A stretch of DNA of 64,000 nucleotides, taken from assembly GCA_000165345.1 (NCBI GenBank), contig CM000429.1, positions 672,001 to 736,000 of the forward strand. Direction: 5' to 3'. Positions 10,748 to 20,600 of this stretch are shown here, piece by piece. The notes under the pieces were generated by a model. That model was not told where the DNA came from, searched no databases, and saw only the letters and a program-made list of their open reading frames with translations. Each line of letters opens with the position of its first letter. Positions within the stretch are counted from its first letter, which is position 1. A program made the position numbers and the translations under genes.

Positions 10748-10900
10748 GCTGGTTTAAATATGTTTGCACATAATATTGTAACTGTTAATGGAGAACTATG
10801 TTGGAGTTTACAGTATCATAGTAATATTACAAGCAAAGAGGTAGCTCAAGCGTACTCAAACCATATTCAGAAGTATATAAATTTACTTGCAGAATCATAG
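10748..10900 (+). CDS. WS/DGAT-like acyltransferase, exon 3 (C-terminus).
   Basis: Intron 2 is 10661..10747 (GTAAGT...AATTTATAG). The exon encodes AGLNMFAHNIVTVNGELCWSLQYHSNITSKEVAQAYSNHIQKYINLLAES, 50 stop-free codons in phase, ending at TAG 10898-10900. Confidence 0.55.
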   Translation, partial: AGLNMFAHNIVTVNGELCWSLQYHSNITSKEVAQAYSNHIQKYINLLAES

Positions 10901-10985
10901 AAATTAAATGAAAGTTAATGAGAATTAAACTGAGAAGAAGCCAAGAAATTAGTAAGTTGCAAGTTAAAATCAAAAAATTGGATTT

Positions 10986-10997
10986 GGCGCCGGCGCC
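10986..10997. promoter_or_regulatory. Tandem E2F-like GGCGCCGGCGCC (TTTGGCGCCGGCGCCAGC), about 85 bp upstream of the Sas10/Utp3 ATG.
   Basis: GGCGCC is a known over-represented E2F/DP-like element in Cryptosporidium promoters. Two adjacent copies are present here. Confidence 0.55.
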
Positions 10998-11079
10998 AGC
11001 TCATTTGGAGGTCAAATTAAATGGCAATTTTTGACATAAGAGTACGAGAGGAATTATTTTTTTTTAAATAAAAAAAAAT

Positions 11080-13158
11080 ATGGCAGTGCAAGTAAGAAAT
11101 AAAAAGAAGGACAAGACCTTGTGGATTTCTGCGGAGGAAGAAGTAGATGATAGTACTAGCAATGATGAGTTGGAGGTAATGAATATCGATGATGACTATG
11201 ATTCTTCAGATGATAGTGAAGGAGAAGACCAATATGAAGAAGAAGGTGAAGAGGATGATAGTGATGAGGATGAAGATGAATCAAATACTAAGGACTGGGG
11301 GAACAAAAAACAGGATTTCTATGACGGAGGTTCTTCAAGTACAGATAGTGAGGGAGAGAACTGGTCTGATGTAGAAATGCAAGATGAGGAGGCACGAGGA
11401 ATTCAGGCAAGTAGAATGATGAGGTTGAGTAAGGAGGATTTTGGGATGGATGATATTATCGATCAGAGTAAATTGGAGGAGGATGATGAATCGGCAGAGA
11501 ATGAGGCAGCCTCATTTGGATTATCTATTAATGATGCAGAAACACTATTGGAAAGTTTAAGTAATTTATCGAATACGAAGCAGGAAAAAGAGTCGGATGT
11601 TTTAGCAGCATTGGGTAATGACGGATTGGATGGAATAGAGGGTTTGGATTCAGAACTAGCTCCAATATTAACAAGTATAAAGGAAAAAGTTACAGAAGTA
11701 AAAGAGAGAATGCAGGTATTATTAAATTTGGTAAAAACAAAGGAAGGTTCAGGCTTGGTGACAGAAAAAGGGATGGAGTACTTAGACTCGAAGAATACTT
11801 TGCTCTTGATGTATATTGGTTATTTATGTTATTATATGATGTTAAAGACTTCTCCTGATATTAACATTAAGGAGCATCCAATTTTGTTGAGACTGGTTAC
11901 TTTACGAACAATGATGGAAAAATTGAAGCCAATAGATGTCAAACTTCAACCGCAAATAGATAGAATTTTGGAGTTAGCAGAGAAATCATCTCAAGTGGAT
12001 AACTTCTTATCATCAGCTCCAAGGCCAGACAGATTCGTATTTGAAGATGAAGATAATGATAATAGTGACATTGAAGAAAATGAGATTTCTAAACATGATC
12101 TCGGGGATGAGTTTGATGAGTCTACAAATATCGATTCAGATGTAGAATTAACTGAAGAAGATTCGGATGGTGGAAAAGGCGTTTATAAAGCTCCAAAGAA
12201 TTTACCAGTTGAGTTCAACGATAAAAAGTTGAGTAAGACTGAGAAGATGATGAAGGAGTTAGAAAGAGAAAGACAGAGGTTATTAAGAACTGATATTATT
12301 CGCCAAATGAGATCTAGTATTCATGAAGGCCCTGAGGAAGTTGGAAGGGAAGAAGCTGAACAACTACCTCAGTTGGAGCGATTACAACGACAAATAAAAG
12401 AACGAATTAATTTTGAGGAGGATAATATGATGAGGTTACCAAAGACTAAGAAGGACAAAAGAGAAGAAAAGCTTTATAAGAGGTTAATGAGCCAAGTTGA
12501 GGGAGGTGTTAATACTTTGGACGATTTAGCTCAATTTGCAGAAAGAGCTACAGATATGGTAACTGATTCGAAAAAGAACTCACTTTCAAAGTATTTAACC
12601 AATGCTTCAAGGCTCAATAGGGAGATTACAAAAAGTAATTTGGCTCAACAAAATTCTGATAAGAGCATTACAGAAAAATTGTTAAAGAGGAAAAAAGCAC
12701 AAGCCGAATTGGCTCAAAAGAGCAAATATAAACCTGAGTATGATTCTAAAAGTGCCGATTACGATGATTCTGTGGATGAGTCTTATGCTGAAGCAGAAAA
12801 GGAGCTATTTAAGAATAATTCATATTTACAAGAAGTTCTCAAGTTGAATGAAGAGAAAAAAATGCAAAAACAAAAGAGGAAGCAAGAAATTGATAGTCGA
12901 AATATGCCAAATATTGATGATTTAGTAGATTCAGGATCCAGAAGAGCATCTACTAAAGAAATGATTAAGAATAAAGGTTTGACTAGAAAGAGAAAGAAGA
13001 TAGAAGGTAATGCAAGAGTACATAACAGACTCAAGTATAAGAAGGCATTGAAGAGACTTAAGGGAACTCAGAGAAGCATGAGAGATTATGAGAGCAGTTA
13101 CTCTGGAGAATCTACTGGATTAAAGGATAATGTTAAGAGATCAACAAATCTTAGTTAA
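11080..13158 (+). CDS. Sas10/Utp3 family nucleolar protein, a U3 snoRNP / SSU processome component.
   Basis: The Sas10/Utp3/C1D-type domain is present (NTLLLMYIGYLCYYMMLKTSP...). The Sas10 C-terminal domain is present (KNKGLTRKRKKIEGNARVHNRLKYKKALKRLKGTQRS). The N-terminus is acidic. Confidence 0.75.
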   Translation: MAVQVRNKKKDKTLWISAEEEVDDSTSNDELEVMNIDDDYDSSDDSEGEDQYEEEGEEDDSDEDEDESNTKDWGNKKQDFYDGGSSSTDSEGENWSDVEMQDEEARGIQASRMMRLSKEDFGMDDIIDQSKLEEDDESAENEAASFGLSINDAETLLESLSNLSNTKQEKESDVLAALGNDGLDGIEGLDSELAPILTSIKEKVTEVKERMQVLLNLVKTKEGSGLVTEKGMEYLDSKNTLLLMYIGYLCYYMMLKTSPDINIKEHPILLRLVTLRTMMEKLKPIDVKLQPQIDRILELAEKSSQVDNFLSSAPRPDRFVFEDEDNDNSDIEENEISKHDLGDEFDESTNIDSDVELTEEDSDGGKGVYKAPKNLPVEFNDKKLSKTEKMMKELERERQRLLRTDIIRQMRSSIHEGPEEVGREEAEQLPQLERLQRQIKERINFEEDNMMRLPKTKKDKREEKLYKRLMSQVEGGVNTLDDLAQFAERATDMVTDSKKNSLSKYLTNASRLNREITKSNLAQQNSDKSITEKLLKRKKAQAELAQKSKYKPEYDSKSADYDDSVDESYAEAEKELFKNNSYLQEVLKLNEEKKMQKQKRKQEIDSRNMPNIDDLVDSGSRRASTKEMIKNKGLTRKRKKIEGNARVHNRLKYKKALKRLKGTQRSMRDYESSYSGESTGLKDNVKRSTNLS

Positions 13159-13545
13159 TTCAGAAAGAAAGGTGGGACTTTCAAGTATTAAAATGGCCGA
13201 ACTAACAGAACATTTTAAAGGTTTCATGTGAATATACACACATCTGCAACTCAAATTACTATCATTGAAATGAGTAATATTATTAAACCGCGTACTATTT
13301 TCGACTATTTCTTTAATAACAAATTTTGGAATTTCAATCATCCAAGATAAATACAAATTTCCGAAGAGTAAGATTTTCAAGCGAAGAATAGGAAAAAAAA
13401 ATCAACATAGGAAAAGAATAATAAGTAAATTCTAACCTAATTCAGTTTTTCATGAGGAAATGGAATAAATATCTTCAGAAATTGATTTTCAATCTCAGTA
13501 TCAATATTACCCTCATTTTATGATGCTTTTATTCATACTCAATCT

Positions 13546-13555
13546 TGGCGCCAAC
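13546..13555. promoter_or_regulatory. E2F-like palindrome TTGGCGCCAA upstream of the UMP-CMP kinase gene.
   Basis: A perfect palindrome in the intergenic region, about 410 bp 5' of the ATG at 13966. Confidence 0.5.
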
Positions 13556-13965
13556 AGTATATTAAACTAAATATTTTATTTTACAATATACTATATACGT
13601 ATAAATGGAGATTAATAAAATAATTTACTATGGGGGATCTTGAAAAAATTAAATAACATTTACATGTAAATTAACTAAATAATTCTATAACTGGGTAAAA
13701 TTATTAAATTCAGGAATTTTCAATACTATTTATTTGATTGCACTATATTTTGGGAGTAACAAGGTAAATAGTTGCAAATATCCATTGTGAAGAGTTTGGT
13801 TAAAGCTAAAGTAAATCAGATTTTCATAATACAATTTATATATAAATATATAAATATATAGAATTTTTTCTATTGTTGGCTTCATTATTGTTTTTTTGAA
13901 TAAAGGCCAAGAGTCTAACATTTATTGGTTTCAGATCATATTATTAATTTTTTTTTGGAATAAGA

Positions 13966-14565
13966 ATGAGCCAAAATAAACCATTTGTACTTTTTTGTTT
14001 GGGTCCTCCTGGTAGTGGAAAGGGAACTCAATGTGCAAAGATTGTGGATGAGTTTTCATTTATCCATTTGAGCGCAGGCGATTGTTTAAGAGAAGCAATG
14101 TCTAGAAAGGATGAAACCAGCGAGTTAATTGACAGTTATATCAGAGAGGGATTAATTGTTCCTGTTGAGATTACTGTTGGTTTGTTAAAGAAGAAGATGC
14201 AAGAGTATGGTTGGAATGATAAATATTTTTTGATTGATGGTTTTCCTCGTAACCAAAATAATTTAGATGGTTGGTATAAGATTATTCCAGATACTGATGT
14301 TAATGTTATTGGTTGTTTATTTCTAAATTGCGATGATAATATTGTTGTTGAGCGTCTTTTACACAGGGGGGAGACAAGTGGACGTGTTGATGACAATAAG
14401 GAGACAATTGTAAAGAGACTCAGAGTTTATCATGAGGAAACAACCCCAATTATTGAGTATTTTAAAAATTCCAATAAGTGTTTTACTGTAGATACTACTG
14501 GTTCAATAGAATCTGTTTGGGAAGATTTGAAGAAATTATTCAGGGAAAAGATTATTTCGAGTTGA
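13966..14565 (+). CDS. UMP-CMP kinase, an adenylate-kinase-family nucleoside monophosphate kinase.
   Basis: P-loop GPPGSGKGTQC is present. HLSAGDCLRE matches the UMP-CMP kinase signature HLSAGDLLR. LIDGFPRN is the NMP-binding motif. The size is 199 aa. Confidence 0.85.
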   Translation: MSQNKPFVLFCLGPPGSGKGTQCAKIVDEFSFIHLSAGDCLREAMSRKDETSELIDSYIREGLIVPVEITVGLLKKKMQEYGWNDKYFLIDGFPRNQNNLDGWYKIIPDTDVNVIGCLFLNCDDNIVVERLLHRGETSGRVDDNKETIVKRLRVYHEETTPIIEYFKNSNKCFTVDTTGSIESVWEDLKKLFREKIISS

Positions 14566-15134
14566 AATGGACGATTTTAACTATATCAAGAATAATATAT
14601 TTAAGTACAATTATTAATATTAAAATTTTAATGAACCATTTTTTTTTTTTGGAATATCAAAAATTTAATATTAATATATAATAGTTGTTAAAATATTCAA
14701 ATTCTTTTGAGATAGTTTAAATTTGAGATTGTTTATTAATTACAAGCATTTGAAAGTAAATAAATAAGGTATGCTGAGTTGACTATAAGCCTTAACTTCA
14801 AATTTTTGGCATACCAATTTCTTCATTATTAATACCAAATCAAAGAGAGAAAGAAGTAAAATATATGAAGGGTTATAACTTTAGAAATCTTGTAAATTAC
14901 TAATTAGGGTGTTTATTATACTCTTTATATTCTCGTTTAATTTGTTTTTTTTCTTTTTTTTTTTTTTTTTTAAATAAAAGGAGTTCATCATTTTTCTATA
15001 CATTTACATTAAATAATTTCCTAATCCTTTTTGTCTGGAAAAATATGTAAATGTATGTTTGGTGTTTCACTTCTTATTGTTTGTCTATCTTGTTTATGCC
15101 AATAGTCTATAAACAAGCTTTTCATTGTAATCTA

Positions 15135-16118
15135 CTAATTCTTTGTGATTTGATAAATAATATTAACTATTTCTTTACAAAGATAGTTATTAAGAGAGCA
15201 TATTTCTTTAAAAAATAGATTTTGGATATATTGACAGTCAAATTCATTGAATATAATATAAGTTTCAAGCTTTGCCCATAATATAAAACAAGGAATAATT
15301 GAAATGAGTGATTGCCCATTTTTAGTAGTTGGAAGAGGAGTATATTGCAGTAAATCGCAAATAGCTAGAGATGAATCAAATATTCGGATAATTTCTCCAT
15401 TTCTATATAAATGAAGAAATTCTTTTGATAAAATTGAATGATACTTTATTCTTGAGATATAAATATATAAAAGTTTACTAGGAGTATAATTAATACCAAA
15501 ACTTGTATTCACATGAGTAAGAATTTCTAATTGTCTTTTTAATATCTTATCAGGATTTAACCACTTTGCAGCATTACAAAATTGTCTAATACTTGGTACA
15601 ATCATATCAGATACTGTTTCAATAATATTTGAAGCCAATAAAAAACATGCAGCAGCAGTGGCAGCAAGTTCAGAGTTATTATATTGTACATGAGTTTCTA
15701 TTAGAAAAGTGTCAAAAATTCTGCATGAAAGATGAAATGTACATGATTGAAATTTTAGACGATTACTGTGTAAGCTTAGCCAATATATTATTTTAAATCT
15801 TTCATTACTTCCAATATTATGTTTCTGATCAAAATAAGGAATACTTTCAATGCTTTTGATATATGGAGATTTTATCGACATAACAAAATCATTAAAACTA
15901 TCCAAGTTTAGACCATTTATATCTTTTAATGACTGAAAATCAAAAATTTCTTCTGATATTATTCTCAAGTAATTCTCTTCATAGAGTGTTTTATAAAATC
16001 TTGAAATATTTGATGTGAGGTTTCTTCCAATTTTACTAACATTTTTTTTTCGGAAATTACTCAAGGAATTACTAGTTTCTTCATTTTCATCTTTTAATTT
16101 AGAGTAAATTTTTATCAT
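15135..16118 (-). CDS. Cyclin-domain protein.
   Basis: Cyclin-box signatures are present: KIIYWLSLHSNRLKFQSCTFHLSCRIFDTFL and ELAATAAACFLLASNIIE, compare R..L.DWL...TL.LAV...DRFL / LQLVGAACLFLAAK. Confidence 0.7.
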   Translation of the reverse strand: MIKIYSKLKDENEETSNSLSNFRKKNVSKIGRNLTSNISRFYKTLYEENYLRIISEEIFDFQSLKDINGLNLDSFNDFVMSIKSPYIKSIESIPYFDQKHNIGSNERFKIIYWLSLHSNRLKFQSCTFHLSCRIFDTFLIETHVQYNNSELAATAAACFLLASNIIETVSDMIVPSIRQFCNAAKWLNPDKILKRQLEILTHVNTSFGINYTPSKLLYIYISRIKYHSILSKEFLHLYRNGEIIRIFDSSLAICDLLQYTPLPTTKNGQSLISIIPCFILWAKLETYIIFNEFDCQYIQNLFFKEICSLNNYLCKEIVNIIYQITKN

Positions 16119-16720
16119 ATTTCAAATTCGCCACTTCCCTGATTTTCATTACTTTTTTTTTTCTTGTATTCCTGGGTTATCCAATCTATTTAGATCTTAA
16201 TTCAAACATTTCTTTTTCCTTTTTCGGATATATATTAAATATTATTTCGACTAATTATTAATAAATTTTACCTGTAATAATTGTCAATATTTACACGTAG
16301 TGCATTACTTGTCATTACAAATTGTCCACACCGAAGATTTTCAAGTAAAGGTTTTTTTCCATAAATTTTATAATTCATTTTTTTTCATTGATCAAGTGTA
16401 AATAATTAATATTCCATTCCTATTTTTATTAAATTTACATCTGATTTGAATAAAGAAAATGATTAATTAATTTTTTTTTTAAATTCTTAATTACTTACGT
16501 GTATAATATTAATATAATACTTGTCTTTTTTTTTATATTGTATTTCCATTTCTATTTGAATTTGGTTTTAAAAAAATTTGGTCATATATTAACATACTCT
16601 TAATACTATAATATTTTTCTTCAAATAGAATAATTAATATTTATTCTCTCCTGAAGTTTTTTTTTCTGATTTTACTCCACGTAATTTTATCCACATTAAA
16701 ATTTTTATTGCATGTAAACA

Positions 16721-16759
16721 CCGGTACTGGGGAAAAAATAATTAGAATATGCATGCAAT
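16721..16759. promoter_or_regulatory. ACCGGTAC box (16721-16728) followed by ATGCATGCAAT (16749-16759), in the divergent promoter between the cyclin gene and the CstF77-like gene.
   Basis: A composite arrangement that recurs at five other promoters in this window. Confidence 0.5.
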
Positions 16760-17610
16760 TCTGTGTGTAAACAATAAAATAAAAAAAATTAGTTAGAATT
16801 ATTTAAAAAAAATAAAAGTTTAGTGAAATTTCAGCCTATGATGTATTGATAATAAGTGATATAAAGATGACTTAATTAATGATTCACTGTTTAAAGAGAA
16901 TCAGCTTATAATAATAAAAAAAAAAGAGGTGAAGGTAATACATGGAGAAAAGTTGAGAAGAGTATAGTATTGCCAATATTAAAATTCTAAATATAAGAAT
17001 AATAAACAATAGGAAAGAGAAGTTTATAAAAGAAAGAATGTAAGTAATTAAGTTAATATGATAAGTTATTTCGGAATATATTTATTTTTAATAAGCATTA
17101 TGAAGAGTTAAAAATATTAAAAAAAAAAAAATCAACAAAGTTCACATGAAGAGGATAGAAAAGTTTCTAATAAAAAGGGGATTTAAAGTGGGAGTATTAT
17201 TTAGAGAATATAATGCGAAGATAATAATAAAATGCCGAATAAATATAAAAGAAAGTTTCAAAATAATTACTATTTAAGAAGTGGCACAAACATGGAATAA
17301 GAATAGGAATATCTAAGCACACACTCAGAAGAAAAGATAATATCTATAAAAAAGTTTGTGTGTTTCAATGAATGGCTATAAACATCTTTATTATAAGAAT
17401 GATGCTTTTTAAAAAGCCGATATTTGCAAAACTAGTTTAATTAAGCAAACAAGTTTGGGCGGCAAGGCAAAAATGCGTCTCTAAAAAGCAAATTTAAATG
17501 TTGAAAACAAATAAAATTAGTAAAAAAAACAATAAGAGTACTAAATAAATTAGAGATTTGGATTTGGGAAAGAAGTACAAGTGTGAGCAGATTTCACTGC
17601 GATCTCTAAG

Positions 17611-20600
17611 ATGAAGAAGGGAATAACTTCTTTAATAGATTCAATCGTAGAGAAGAATCCATATGATTATTCACTATGGGAGAATATATTCACAGTGAAA
17701 TCAGAAAGTGAAGTTTTTGAAAGAGCTTTGGAGTTTTTTCCAACAAGTCCAATAGTTTGGAAAAGATATATTGAATATCTTCAATCTCAGAAAAATACAG
17801 ACGAAAAGGTTTTATTAGGTATTTATCAAAGATGTATTCACCAATGTTCTTGTATAATGATATGGAAGTTATTTATACCATTTGTTGATGAAAAGATTAA
17901 CAGTCTAAAGGATCGTTATCAAATTTATCAGTTGGCATTAGATACTGTTGGATCAGATCCTAGGAGTGGATTCATTTGGCAAAGAATGTATAAATTAAGA
18001 TTAATGGTTTACAATACTTTAATATCAAAAAATGAGGCAAGTTTATCAGGAAATACATTATTGTTGAATCCATTTGAGACAAGTACTATACCTATTATTA
18101 GTGAGCAAATTGAAGAATGTTTTGCATTGGGTGATAAAATTGCAACTATAGTAACTTTAAGACAATTCTTTATACAATGGTTAACTACTCCTGTTGGAAA
18201 TTTAGAAACTGCATTTATAGCATATTCCTTATTTGAGAACTCTATTTCAAGCTCAAGTACTACTGATGTTCCTAATATGAATACTGGCATTGTAATTGGT
18301 GGAGTTGTTCCAGTTTCTGAATCTGCTAGTAAATTAGTTACAAAAAATTTATTACAATCTGGAGAAAAATTAGTAAATATTTCAAAGATTGTTCACAAGA
18401 ATATGATGGTATTGGTTGATAATTTACATGAAGATATTCCAGCAAAACCATTGGATAAAAGTAATAGAAGTGAGTGGATGAGTAAGTTTATTCCTTGGAA
18501 GAGATATATTTTATTTGAGAAGAGCAATCCATTAGGATTAGATAAATCACACTATTTTAATAGGGTTTCCTATTCTTTTAGGAATTGTTTATTATACTTT
18601 TCATATCATCCAGAAGTTTGGTATGAATATTTTATTTTTGTTTGGAACTCTCATCCAGTTCAATTAACTGGTATGGAAATTGCAACTGAACTTTTGAGCT
18701 CAGCAATACAACGTTTTTTACCAAAAGATGAGATTTTAAAGTTGGTACTGGCTGAGGTTTATGAGCTTAGAAAAAAATTGGACAAGGTAATGCATTTATA
18801 TCATTCCATGATATATATTGAGAGTTCTGGAGAAGTTATTCAAATGGATGATTCTGGAGTACCAGTAACTGATGATAATAATGGCGATAATAATATAAAT
18901 ATGAGTAACACGAGTGTTGGTAATAATAACAATAGTAATAATAATAATAGCACTCAAAGTAATACTCAAAGTAATACTCAAAATAATACTCAAAATAATA
19001 ATCAAAATAATAATAATAATCATCATCATCATCTCAATTCCGGTATTGGAATAAATAATGATCAAAATAATCATCAGATTAATATACAAGAAGAGGCTAA
19101 TGATCACCATATTTCTATGGGAAAAAGTAGAAATAGTCAGCTTTTTGTAAATGTTGGTGAAGGAATAGGGGGAGAGACATTTGGAGTTAATAATGGTAAT
19201 TCTAACAATGTTATTGGCTCAAGATCATCTGTTGCGATGATTGATGATAATTCCAATAGTTTAGGAGGATCTAATACAACAGATTTTCATATTGGTGATA
19301 GGAATGATGGTATTAGTATTAGCAAGCAATACTCTCAAATGATAACTAGTGGCTTATCACATAAACAATATAATCCAGGAGTATCAGCTGTGGTAATTAT
19401 TGAGTATTTGAACTTTATACTACGAAGTACTAATGATAAAGTCATATGGAGGGAAGTATTTTTGGATTATGTTAAAAGATCTCCAAGGATTTATGATATT
19501 AAATGGATTTGTTATTCTCAGGCTTTAAATGAATGGAGGTTATATAATAATCTTGATGGAGCTTATCAAATCTTTTATTTTGGAATGTATTATAGGCACT
19601 TATTTCTGGATGTATCATTTATGTCATGTTTTGTATCTTTTCTATTAGATACTGGTAAACTTCAACAAGCAAGGAATACATTGCAATCATCTATTTATGA
19701 GATTTACAAAGAAACTGGTAAAGTTCCAAAACAACTTTGGTTACAATGGTTTCATTTAGAAAGAATGAGTGGGTCTTCTATTTATTCTTTGAATTATTTA
19801 AATAGGATTTATCAGCTTCAAAAAGATGGGAAAAATGTTGAAATTGATATGTTATTAAGTAAAAGACAACAAGAAGCTTGGCATGCCATTTTAGGAGCTC
19901 CTGAGTTTGCTGAGTTGAATAAGGAGTATATTGGAAATGATAATATTGACCCCAAGACTAAAGTATATGGTCATTCATATATTGTTAATCCATTTGATGA
20001 TGATAACTTCATAGGAGGATTATCATCAAGTAATGTAAATGATAGTAATAATAATGATAATAATAATAATATCAATAGTTCATCTAATTTATTATTACAG
20101 AATCAAAGAGGAGCAAATTCAGTATTAACAACAGGAGCAATAGGAAATTCAAGACGAAGTTTGGAAGTTAATAGTGGTAATAAGTTCATATTAACTTGTC
20201 CGAGCAAATTTAGAACAGCTTTTGAATGTTTTAGATTTGGTTCTATTTACCCAAATAGTTCTTGGACTGAGTTTTATTTATTTGATGGAGAGGAAGGACG
20301 TAATAATTATTTGGGAGGAGGTATTGGTATATCTTCTCAATCAGAGGATGAGAGAATATGTTTAGGGAATTGTAATATTTGCTCAAAGCCATCTTCAACA
20401 TCATCATCATCAGTAAGTAATGGAAATTCAAATACTTGTATATGTAATTGTCATAACAAAATAAAAGGTACAGCAAGTATCTTATCAAGATCAGTTCTAG
20501 AAGAAGGTAAATCTGATTCATCTAATGATTATAATTGTGTTTCTGAAGGTAGAATTGCTGGTACGTATCATAATGAACAAAGTACTGGTATTGCTACTAA

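Noticed and set aside
13159-13965. Short ORFs 13141..13380 and 13730..13921 in the Sas10-kinase intergenic region.
   Set aside because: They are 63-79 aa, lie on the strand opposite the flanking genes' UTR orientation, and their translations are low-complexity with no motifs. The interval contains a TTGGCGCCAA promoter box and is more likely regulatory.
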